The notes under the pieces are model-generated. The model saw only the letters and a program-made list of their open reading frames with translations, was not told the DNA's origin and did not search any database. Positions 41,725 to 49,308 of a stretch of DNA of 64,000 nucleotides are shown here, piece by piece; position 1 is the first letter of the stretch; each line of letters starts with the position of its first letter. The stretch is from Pseudomonadota bacterium. Lineage in GTDB: Bacteria; Pseudomonadota; Gammaproteobacteria; Steroidobacterales; JBCBZW01. The stretch is taken from contig JBCBZW010000007.1 of the NCBI GenBank assembly GCA_039815145.1, positions 1,192 through 65,191 on the forward strand. The letters are read 5' to 3'. The position numbers were made by a program, and so were the translations under genes.

Positions 41725-43130
41725 CTCGCACCGCTAACGTCCACGCCTTGCTCTCGCATCTTCTGCAGTTTGTGACGCAGTGTGCGAACTGCGACGCCCA
41801 ACTGCTCCGCCGCTTCCTTCCGCGTGCGTGTACTGGCGATGACTTGCAGGATTCTTTGCTGCTCGACGACCTCCATGTCGGCCTTGAGCTCGCCCACCCG
41901 CGACGCGGGCACCGCCGGCGTCAAGACACCGTCGTCGACGCCCTCGACGTTCAGATCCTGCGCCGTGATTTCGTCACCGCTGCAGAGGATCAGGGTGCGA
42001 TTGGCGAGGTTGTCGAGCTCGCGCACGTTGCCGGGCCAGTCGTATTGGCAGAGAAAGTGCTCCGCGCAGGGCGATAGGCGAGGCGCCGCCCGGCCGTCGG
42101 CATGACGCAGGAGCATGTGTCGGAATAGCGGCAGGATGTCCTCGCGGCGCTCGCGCAGGGGGCTCAAGGGGATCGGCATCACGGAGAGGCGGTAGTAGAG
42201 ATCCTCACGGAAGCGACCGGCCGAGACTTCGCCGCGCAGCTCGCGGTTGGTGGTGGCGATGATGCGCACGTCGAGGCGCAGCATGCGCCGTCCTCCGACA
42301 CGCTCCACCTCGCTCTCCTGCAGCACGCGAAGGAGCTTCGGCTGCAGGCTCAGGGGCATCTCGGAGATTTCATCCAGCAGCAGGGTGCCGCCCTGGGCTT
42401 GTTCGAACTTGCCGGGCGTGGCCTGGGTGGCGCCGGTGAAGGCGCCCTTCTCGTGACCGAACAACATGGCCTCGAGCATGGACTCGGGAATCGCAGCGCA
42501 GTTGATGGCCACGAAGGGCTGGTCCGCGCGCGGCGACTGAGCGTGGATGTAGCGGGCGATGACTTCCTTGCCTGTGCCACTCTCGCCGGAGAGCAGCACG
42601 GTGGCGTTGCTCACCGCCACGCGCTTGGCGATGGCGCGGGTCTTGAGGCTGTTGGCCGCGCGGGCGATCGGCGCATCGTCGTCACTGTCGTCCGCCATCG
42701 GCACGACGGCGGGCTGGGGACTGCGCAGGCGGTCGATTCGTTGGAGCAGCGTATCGACGTCAAAGCCCTTGCGCAGATAGTCTGACGCGCCATCGCGCAT
42801 CGCCTCGACCGCACGTTCTATCGAGCCGTACGCCGTCATCAGGATGACGGGCAATTGGGGGTTGCGGCGGCGGATGCGACGCAGCAGTTCGTGGCCGTCC
42901 ATGTTGGGCATCTGCACGTCCGTCAACACGGCGTCTACCGGCGCATCGCCGATGGCGGCGAGGGCTTGCCGCCCATCGGCAACGCCGCGCACGGTGATCC
43001 CCGTGTCCAGGAGCGTGGTCTCCAGGGCTTCGCGCATCTCCGCATCGTCCTCCACCACCAACAGGTGGAGGTGGCGCTGGCGCGCGGCTTCCGCCGCGGC
43101 GGGAGGCAGGGGCGTCGAGTCAGCCAGCAT
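41715..43130 (-). CDS. fleR: Sigma54-dependent response regulator FleR (REC-AAA+-HTH)
   Basis: Start re-set to ATG 43130 (MLADSTPL...). REC 'HLLVVEDDAEMREALE...DAVLTDVQMPNMDG'. 'SGESGTGKE', 'GAFTGA', and a C-terminal Fis-type HTH. Confidence 0.9.
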   Translation of the reverse strand: MLADSTPLPPAAAEAARQRHLHLLVVEDDAEMREALETTLLDTGITVRGVADGRQALAAIGDAPVDAVLTDVQMPNMDGHELLRRIRRRNPQLPVILMTAYGSIERAVEAMRDGASDYLRKGFDVDTLLQRIDRLRSPQPAVVPMADDSDDDAPIARAANSLKTRAIAKRVAVSNATVLLSGESGTGKEVIARYIHAQSPRADQPFVAINCAAIPESMLEAMLFGHEKGAFTGATQATPGKFEQAQGGTLLLDEISEMPLSLQPKLLRVLQESEVERVGGRRMLRLDVRIIATTNRELRGEVSAGRFREDLYYRLSVMPIPLSPLRERREDILPLFRHMLLRHADGRAAPRLSPCAEHFLCQYDWPGNVRELDNLANRTLILCSGDEITAQDLNVEGVDDGVLTPAVPASRVGELKADMEVVEQQRILQVIASTRTRKEAAEQLGVAVRTLRHKLQKMREQGVDVSGASGT

Positions 43131-44361
43131 CGTGGGCCTCCGCGGAGTGCTGTGCAGCGAGCAGGCGAGCGACTGCCTCGGCGCGGGCATGGGGTAGTTC
43201 GAGCACGACGCGAGCGCCCACGCCAGGCGGGGAGTCGTCGACGTAGGCGCGTCCCCCGTGACCTTCGGCGACGCTGCGGACCACCGCAAGGCCGAGGCCC
43301 GTGCCGTTGTTGCGGGTGGTGAAGAAGGGTTCGAAGACGCGTTGGCGCAGGGCAGGGTCGATGCCCGCGCCCTGATCCGTCACGGTGAACCGCACCTGAC
43401 CCGCTCGTTCGTCGATGCAGGCCTCCAGGGTGACGAGCGCATGCTCATCCATGGCTAAGGCGTTCTCTAGGAGATTGGTCAGCGCTCCGGTCAGGGCACG
43501 GCGATTGCCGAGGACGTACGCGCTCTGCGCCGGCGCCGTCACCTGGACGCGCGATGCACGCTCGGCGGGCAAGCTGCCGACGGCCCCTTCGGTCAGGGCG
43601 TCCACTGGCAGCGGCGTGCTACCCCCCTGGTTGCCGCGGGCGAAGCAGAGCATGTCCTCGATCATGTTCTCGAGGTGCTTCAGGCGCGCGATAACCCGCT
43701 GGGTGAACACGGCCGCGTTGCCGTGCATCGGCATGCGCCGCAGCTGAGAGGCGTAGAGGATGGCTGTGGCCAGGGGTGTGCGGGCCTGGTGCGCGAGGCG
43801 CGCCATCATCTCGCCCATGGCGGAGAGGCGCTCCTGGCGTTGCACGATGGCCTGCAACTCGCGGGTCTCGGTGACATCGGTGAGCAACATGATCATGCCG
43901 CCCTCGCCGCTCAGGGGACGCACGGAGACGCTGAGCCGTCGACCATCGGCCAGGGCGAGTTCGCCGCCACCGTCCTCACTGGTCGCCGCCAGGGTGGCGA
44001 GGATGTCGTCCCAGCGCTGACCGGCGAGGTCGATGCCGAAGAGCTCGCGCGCGCCGTCGTTGTGCTCTTGCACGCGGCTGTTCGCATCCAGCACGAGTAC
44101 GGCGCCCGGCAGCGCTGCCAGCAGGCCACTCAAGCGACTGGCGAGGCGTTCGGTCTTGGCCAGCTGTGCGAGACGATCGCTGCGGGCTTTGGTCAGCTGC
44201 TCGCCGAGCACGCCGACGCGCTGCTGCAGCTGGCCGTAGGAACGCTCGAGTCGAGCGGAGGTTTCGGTGAAGGCGACGAAGGCAGCGGCCAGTTCAGGCG
44301 GCGTGCCGCGACTCTCGACCAGGCTGGTGTTGCCGTCGATAGGGGAGGGATTGGCGCTCAT
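43120..44361 (-). CDS. fleS: Soluble PAS-containing sensor histidine kinase FleS
   Basis: No TM segment. H-box 'MARLAHQARTPL', N/G boxes 'NLLENA', 'DQGAGI', 'GTGLGL'. 11-nt overlap with fleR. Confidence 0.85.
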   Translation of the reverse strand: MSANPSPIDGNTSLVESRGTPPELAAAFVAFTETSARLERSYGQLQQRVGVLGEQLTKARSDRLAQLAKTERLASRLSGLLAALPGAVLVLDANSRVQEHNDGARELFGIDLAGQRWDDILATLAATSEDGGGELALADGRRLSVSVRPLSGEGGMIMLLTDVTETRELQAIVQRQERLSAMGEMMARLAHQARTPLATAILYASQLRRMPMHGNAAVFTQRVIARLKHLENMIEDMLCFARGNQGGSTPLPVDALTEGAVGSLPAERASRVQVTAPAQSAYVLGNRRALTGALTNLLENALAMDEHALVTLEACIDERAGQVRFTVTDQGAGIDPALRQRVFEPFFTTRNNGTGLGLAVVRSVAEGHGGRAYVDDSPPGVGARVVLELPHARAEAVARLLAAQHSAEAHDAG

Positions 44362-44366
44362 GGGGC

Positions 44367-45509
44367 TTAGTCGGTGGCGGTGCCGGTCGAACGAACGCTG
44401 TGCTTGCGCATCTTCTCGACAAGGGTGGTCCGACGCATCTTCAGCAGGCGTGCTGCCCGGGCGACGACGCCGTCGGATTCATCGAGGGCCTGGCGGATGA
44501 GGTCGAGCTCGATGTTGGTGAGGTAGTGCTTGAGGTCCAGCCCGCCGGGAGGCAGGCGGACATCGCCCTGGTTGCCATCGTCGTCGAGGGCGCCGTCGAG
44601 GCCCGGGTGCGAAGCGGTGGCGTTCAGGTAACGTGCGGGCAGGTGATGGGGTTCGATGATGCTGCTCGGATGCACGATGGCTAAGCGTTCCGTCAGGTTT
44701 GCCAGCTCGCGGATGTTGCCGGGCCAGGGGTAGTCGGCGAGGATCGCGAGGGTCTCCGGGGCGAAGGCGATGCGCGAGGCGCCCGCAGACTCGTTGCGGG
44801 CGATCAGCGCGTCTGCCAGCTCGGGCAAGTCGCCGATCCGCTCGAGCAGGGGTGGTGTCTCGATGGGGAACACGTTCAAGCGGTAGAACAGATCCTCGCG
44901 GAAGCGGCCGAGTTCGATGGCGGCTTCGAGGTCGCGGTGGGTGGCGGCGATGATGCGAACGTTGCAGGGCTGGCTCGTGTTGCTGCCCACGCGCTCGAAG
45001 CAACGCTCGGCCAGCACTCGCAGGAGCTTCACCTGCATGTTGAGATCCATGTCGCCGATCTCATCCAGAAACAGGGTGCCGCCCTCGGCCAACTCGAAGC
45101 GCCCCTTACGGTTGGTGATCGCGCCGGTGAAAGCACCCTTCTCGTGGCCGAAGAGTTCGCTCTCCATCAATTCGGAGGGAATGGCGCCACAGTTCACGGG
45201 CACGAAGGGTCCACTGGCGCGCGAGGAGAGCTCATGCACGTTGCGTGCGATGAGCTCCTTGCCCGTGCCCGACTCGCCGAGGATCAATACGTTCGTGTCG
45301 TGACGAGCCACCTGATCGATCAGGCGATGCACTTGCTGCATGCCCCTGGACGACCCGCAGGGCCGGAATCGACCGCGGTGTCCTAAGGTGGTGGCGTTGA
45401 CAGGGGCGGGGTTGGCGAGAGCCGGTGCTGGCGTCAGGGGAGCGGCGTCCAGCGCGCTCGAGTCGACGGCTAGGGCAGGGGCGGCGGCAGCGTTGTGGGT
45501 CGGTGACAT
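44367..45509 (-). CDS. fleQ: FleQ/FlrA-like sigma54 enhancer-binding protein lacking an N-terminal receiver-like domain
   Basis: ATG 45509 (ORF track GTG 45518). AAA+ '[18 protein letters not shown]', 'GAFTGA', C-terminal HTH. Only ~50 aa precede the AAA+ core, and an in-frame TGA lies at 45594-45596. Confidence 0.85.
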   Translation of the reverse strand: MSPTHNAAAAPALAVDSSALDAAPLTPAPALANPAPVNATTLGHRGRFRPCGSSRGMQQVHRLIDQVARHDTNVLILGESGTGKELIARNVHELSSRASGPFVPVNCGAIPSELMESELFGHEKGAFTGAITNRKGRFELAEGGTLFLDEIGDMDLNMQVKLLRVLAERCFERVGSNTSQPCNVRIIAATHRDLEAAIELGRFREDLFYRLNVFPIETPPLLERIGDLPELADALIARNESAGASRIAFAPETLAILADYPWPGNIRELANLTERLAIVHPSSIIEPHHLPARYLNATASHPGLDGALDDDGNQGDVRLPPGGLDLKHYLTNIELDLIRQALDESDGVVARAARLLKMRRTTLVEKMRKHSVRSTGTATD

Positions 45510-45858
45510 GGAGTCCACGTCCTCCTGGATCCAGTGGTGGTGCAGTCCGATTTCGCTTCGGCGCTTTGCGGTGTGCGCTGGATCCGTAGCGCGTCAACAA
45601 TCCGTCCGTTCCTCACCGTTGGATGACGTTATAGCAAGTGGGTGACGGCTCTCCCCGTGAATGGGTTCACAGTTCCCTCACACGTTCGGTCAAATGGCCA
45701 GCGCAGCGGCGGCCGGCCGACTCCTAAGTGACTGAAAAGGGTGTGGACTGGCGCACACGGGGCCGCCAGGGAGGGCGGCATTAGGTGGGGCTGCTAAGGG
45801 CCTGGGGAGCCCTATCGACACGCGGCGCTGGGGGCGCCGGGAGGCAGGCGCGCTCGGC

Positions 45859-46788
45859 TCAGGCGAGGCCGTTGGCGATCGAGTCGTCGCGGGCTCGCGA
45901 GAGGACGGCGCCAAGGCGGGACTGATCGATCGACAAGCGCAGGAACACAGGGCGTGCCAGAAGCGATTGTGAGGCCTGACGCGCTTCTTCCTCTTCCGAG
46001 CCGACGATCTCACCGGTGTCCGGATCCACACCGTACAGGCGCGTGGAGCGCTGCATCGCCTCGTAGAGCACGACCGACGCCTGCACGATGTCGACGAGAT
46101 CCGGCTCGGTCGGGCTGCGCGAGTGATCGAGGTGCTCCTCGGCGGCGGCCGCTTGCTCGGCGGAGAACCCCCAGGATTCGATGATCACGCGGCCGATCGC
46201 ACCGTGCCATTCACCTAACATATGCGCTAGCATGTCGCGGTCGGCGAGCACTTCGGATTGATCGCAGGCCCGCATGCAGATGTAGAGCTTGCCCACGTTG
46301 TGGAGCAGGCCGGCAAGCATCGCCTCGTCGGCGTTGAAGCGCTCGGTCACGCGCGCGATGATGAACGCCAGACTCGCGACGTCCGCCCCTTCGCGGCAGA
46401 TCGCGCGAACCTCGCGACGCATCGCAGCCGCCTTCTTGGACTGGAACATCTGATGGATGGCGGCGGACATGGCGGCGTTGCGGACCATGTTGAAGCCAAG
46501 GCGCAGGATGGCCGTGCGCAGGTCGGTCACCGCGCGCACGCCGCGCGAGATCAGCGCGGAGTTGGACATCTGCAGCAGGCGTGCCGCGAGGCCCTGGTCG
46601 GTGGAGATCAGTTTCGCCAGCCGTTCCGGCCCGCAACCCTCATCAGCAAGCGCCTGGCGGATCTTGATGATGTTGTCCGGAAAGGACGGCAGGTTGAGCT
46701 CACCGCGGTTGATCTCTTCCGTCAGGTATTCGAGGAAGAGCAGTGCTGCGTTGCCGGACGCTTCTACGACTCTCGCGTCGTGCGCCAT
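45859..46788 (-). CDS. HDOD-domain signalling protein
   Basis: ATG 46788 with GGAGGA SD. 'LPSFPDNIIKIRQAL...LAKLISTDQGLAARLLQMSNSAL...TDLRTAILRLGFNMVRN', 'AGLLHNVGKL' (HDOD pattern). Confidence 0.8.
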   Translation of the reverse strand: MAHDARVVEASGNAALLFLEYLTEEINRGELNLPSFPDNIIKIRQALADEGCGPERLAKLISTDQGLAARLLQMSNSALISRGVRAVTDLRTAILRLGFNMVRNAAMSAAIHQMFQSKKAAAMRREVRAICREGADVASLAFIIARVTERFNADEAMLAGLLHNVGKLYICMRACDQSEVLADRDMLAHMLGEWHGAIGRVIIESWGFSAEQAAAAEEHLDHSRSPTEPDLVDIVQASVVLYEAMQRSTRLYGVDPDTGEIVGSEEEEARQASQSLLARPVFLRLSIDQSRLGAVLSRARDDSIANGLA

Positions 46789-46943
46789 GGAGTCCTCCGA
46801 ATCGCTGATCGGCCCGCACGGCATCCGTGTGCCGGGGCCGACGTGCCCGTTAAGTCAACGTGCAGTGTAGGAGGGCGCGAAGGGAGATTCGTGGGCCTGG
46901 TTCTCAATCCGCCGCGCGTCGATCGGGCGCTGGCGAAGGCCGA

Positions 46944-47549
46944 TTAGTCGAGGTGCAGTTGGCGCGGGAGTCGCCGGTACCATTCGCCGTTTTCGGCGAT
47001 GTTGGCCGCAGGTTCGAAGATGTTGCACGTGGTCATGTGGTCAGCGTAGACGTGCACGGTGATGGCGGCGCGATCGTCCTCGGCATTGGCGATCGTGTGG
47101 TACTCGTGCGGCGGTATCAGACTCCCCGCGGAGCCGGCGCACGCCTGCATGCACCCGCGCGGCTCGAAGCGACAGAATTCGTCCTTGCGCTCCATGCACT
47201 CGTACTGCTCCACCTCGATACAGCCCTGCCACACGCCCTCCACGCACCACATGCCGCAGTGATCGTGAATAGGGGTGCGCTGACCGGCGCCCCAGGTCAT
47301 CGCGATCACCGCGTAACCGAGTTCGTCACTCCTGTGCATGAGGCGCCTGGCGTAGCGATCGTCCGGTGCCTCGGCGAACTCGTCGGGCACCTGACCGGCG
47401 TGACGACGGACGAATTCGGCGAGCACGGTGCGCACCGCTGGCACCACGCGATGCGGATCGCCGTTGCCATTGCGCACGGCCGCGTCGAGCCCCTGGCGCA
47501 ACTCGTCTGCGCAGAGGTGTTGGGGAACGGTGTCGCTGTCGATTGCCAT
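46944..47549 (-). CDS. Cysteine-dioxygenase type I-like cupin (thiol dioxygenase family)
   Basis: 201 aa. 'GQRTPIHDHCGMWCVEGVWQG' and 'LIPPHEYHTIAN' are cupin metal-ligand motifs arranged as in CDO/3-mercaptopropionate dioxygenases. Confidence 0.7.
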   Translation of the reverse strand: MAIDSDTVPQHLCADELRQGLDAAVRNGNGDPHRVVPAVRTVLAEFVRRHAGQVPDEFAEAPDDRYARRLMHRSDELGYAVIAMTWGAGQRTPIHDHCGMWCVEGVWQGCIEVEQYECMERKDEFCRFEPRGCMQACAGSAGSLIPPHEYHTIANAEDDRAAITVHVYADHMTTCNIFEPAANIAENGEWYRRLPRQLHLD

Positions 47550-47564
47550 GGCGGGAAGTGTAGT

Positions 47565-49193
47565 TCAGTCAGACAGGAACGGTAAGTGCACCCGTTCCAG
47601 GGTGGCGTCCAGTGTGTAGCGCGGTCGCTTGCGCAGGGGCTGATCGTCGACCAGGGCGCGCAGGCTGCGCCCCTCATCGATGTAGCCGTACTGCCAGAAT
47701 CGTGGCGCGCCGTGCACCCGGCGCGTTTGCATCGCTCGCATGCTCTGCAGCACGTGGGGCGTATCGCGCACGGCGGTGACCCCTAGCGCGCCGAGGCTGA
47801 AGATCCATGCGAGGCCCAGCATCGCGCTGGTGGCGGGCAGCGAGTAGCGGCGCGCGGGCTGCGCGCGGCGATCCTGCTCGCGGCCGTAGGGCGCCAGCAT
47901 GTCGTTGAATTCACACAGGGCGAAGCCCGCCAGGGTAGCCAGCCAGAGTTGTGTGTACGCCGGTACCAGGACGCCGCTGACCAGGGCGTGCACGGCGCCG
48001 GCGAGCAGGCTGGCAGCGACCGCGGGGCGAACGACGGACGTGGTGCGCGCCGCCGGCAGCAGACGCCACCACGCGACAGCGCCCGCCAGCGCCAGGCCCA
48101 ACAGCACGATGGTGGCGGGGAGGCCCCACTCCACCGCCAGCTGCGCCACGAGGTTGTGGGGATGACCACGCTCGCCCACGGCCGCGAAATGCATGGGCCC
48201 GATGCCGAGGGTCGGATTGGCCAGGATGAGTTCGGCCGACTCGAGCAGCAACACCAGCCGTCCCTCGTTGGCACCGGCGGTGCCCACCTGCCCGCCGAGC
48301 CGCGCCATCCCCACCACTGCTTCGGAATCCCGCGTAGGCAGTTCGAACAACGCGAAGGCGAGGGCGAATCCGACCAGGGCGCAGGCCACCTGCAGGGCGC
48401 ACCAGGGCCGCGCCTTGGGTGTGAGGAGGGCGCTGAAGACGAGCGCCACGCCCACTCCCATCAGCGTGCCGCGGCCGCTGATACCGAAGGCCACGGCCCA
48501 CCACAGGCTGGCTGCGAGCAGGCTGCCGGCGCGCACCCAGGGTGAGCGGAACATGAGCGCGGGGAGGACGCACAGGGGCAGCGTCAGCGTCAGCCAATGC
48601 CCGAAGAAGCGCTTGTGACCAAGCCCCACGAAGAGCTCGGTGACCTCCAGTTGCACGGTCGTTAGCCACGCGAGGTAGGCTCCCGCCGATCGCAGCAGGT
48701 ACAGCCCGATCATCGTCAACACCATGACCGCGAACCAGCGGCGTGCGGCCGGCAATACCGGACGCAAGGCGCCCGCCACCGTGATGGCGTAGAGCCCCAG
48801 GGCGAGCAGCAGGGCCAACTCGGTGAAGGCGTGGCGAGGGGACTCGGCATTCAGCGAAGAGGCGATGCCGAGGATGAGCACGAGGGCCAGGGCGACCAAG
48901 GCCGTCCTGGGCACGGCGGCGATCTCCGCGGCGACGTGGCGCCGAAGATCTGGCGACAGCGCGTAGGCGGCCGCGTTCACCACCATCAGCAACAGCTGTA
49001 GGTAGCGCTTCTGATCGAATTCGCTGAGCGGCAGGGGCAGTTGGATCAGGGGCGCGAGGACGAGCAGGGCCGCACAAAACGCCAGCAGGCCGACGCCCAC
49101 GGCGGCCTCCGGCGCCAGGGCGAGGCGGGCAGGTGATGAGAAGGACTCGTTCACGGCAGTCTCCGCCGGGCGTGGCTCGACGTGGGCACTCAT
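47565..49193 (-). CDS. Wzy_C / O-antigen-ligase-family polytopic membrane protein (possible O-oligosaccharyltransferase)
   Basis: ATG 49193 (MSAHVEP...). At least 10 TM segments. 'GHPHNLVAQLAVEWGLPATIVLLGLA' matches the Wzy_C 'H-x-H-N...G' loop. Has a C-terminal soluble tail. Confidence 0.65.
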   Translation of the reverse strand: MSAHVEPRPAETAVNESFSSPARLALAPEAAVGVGLLAFCAALLVLAPLIQLPLPLSEFDQKRYLQLLLMVVNAAAYALSPDLRRHVAAEIAAVPRTALVALALVLILGIASSLNAESPRHAFTELALLLALGLYAITVAGALRPVLPAARRWFAVMVLTMIGLYLLRSAGAYLAWLTTVQLEVTELFVGLGHKRFFGHWLTLTLPLCVLPALMFRSPWVRAGSLLAASLWWAVAFGISGRGTLMGVGVALVFSALLTPKARPWCALQVACALVGFALAFALFELPTRDSEAVVGMARLGGQVGTAGANEGRLVLLLESAELILANPTLGIGPMHFAAVGERGHPHNLVAQLAVEWGLPATIVLLGLALAGAVAWWRLLPAARTTSVVRPAVAASLLAGAVHALVSGVLVPAYTQLWLATLAGFALCEFNDMLAPYGREQDRRAQPARRYSLPATSAMLGLAWIFSLGALGVTAVRDTPHVLQSMRAMQTRRVHGAPRFWQYGYIDEGRSLRALVDDQPLRKRPRYTLDATLERVHLPFLSD

Positions 49194-49282
49194 GGTAGCG
49201 CGCTTACCTGACAGCAAGTAGGCCACGGAGCTTGGCACGTGCCCCGTGGGCATGCCGCCCAATCAGGTCACAGCTATCGCAC

Positions 49283-49304
49283 GCGCGCTTGGCGCCAGGC
49301 GCGC
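49283..49304 (-). terminator. GC-rich hairpin immediately 3' of gdh (terminator-like, no U-tract)
   Basis: GCGCGCTTGGC/GCCAGGCGCGC is a near-perfect 22-bp palindrome (10/11) located 5 nt after the gdh TAA. Confidence 0.3.
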
Positions 49305-49308
49305 GCCC

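Noticed and set aside
45601-45858. Search for a sigma54 or sigma28 promoter upstream of the fleQ-like gene (for example GCAAGTGGGTGACGG)
   Set aside because: The reverse complement CCGTCACCCACTTGC lacks the -24 GG. No convincing alternative-sigma motif was found, so the gene is presumably sigma70-driven, as for other master regulators.
46821-46835. Sigma54-like motif CCGGCACACGGATGC (minus strand) upstream of the HDOD gene
   Set aside because: The GG-to-GC spacing is one nucleotide short of the consensus, and the -12 region lacks TTGC.
47911-49077. 388-aa minus-strand ORF within the Wzy_C-like gene
   Set aside because: An alternative frame of the same strand, extremely Arg/Pro/Gly-rich. The chosen frame gives coherent TM helices and the Wzy_C motif.
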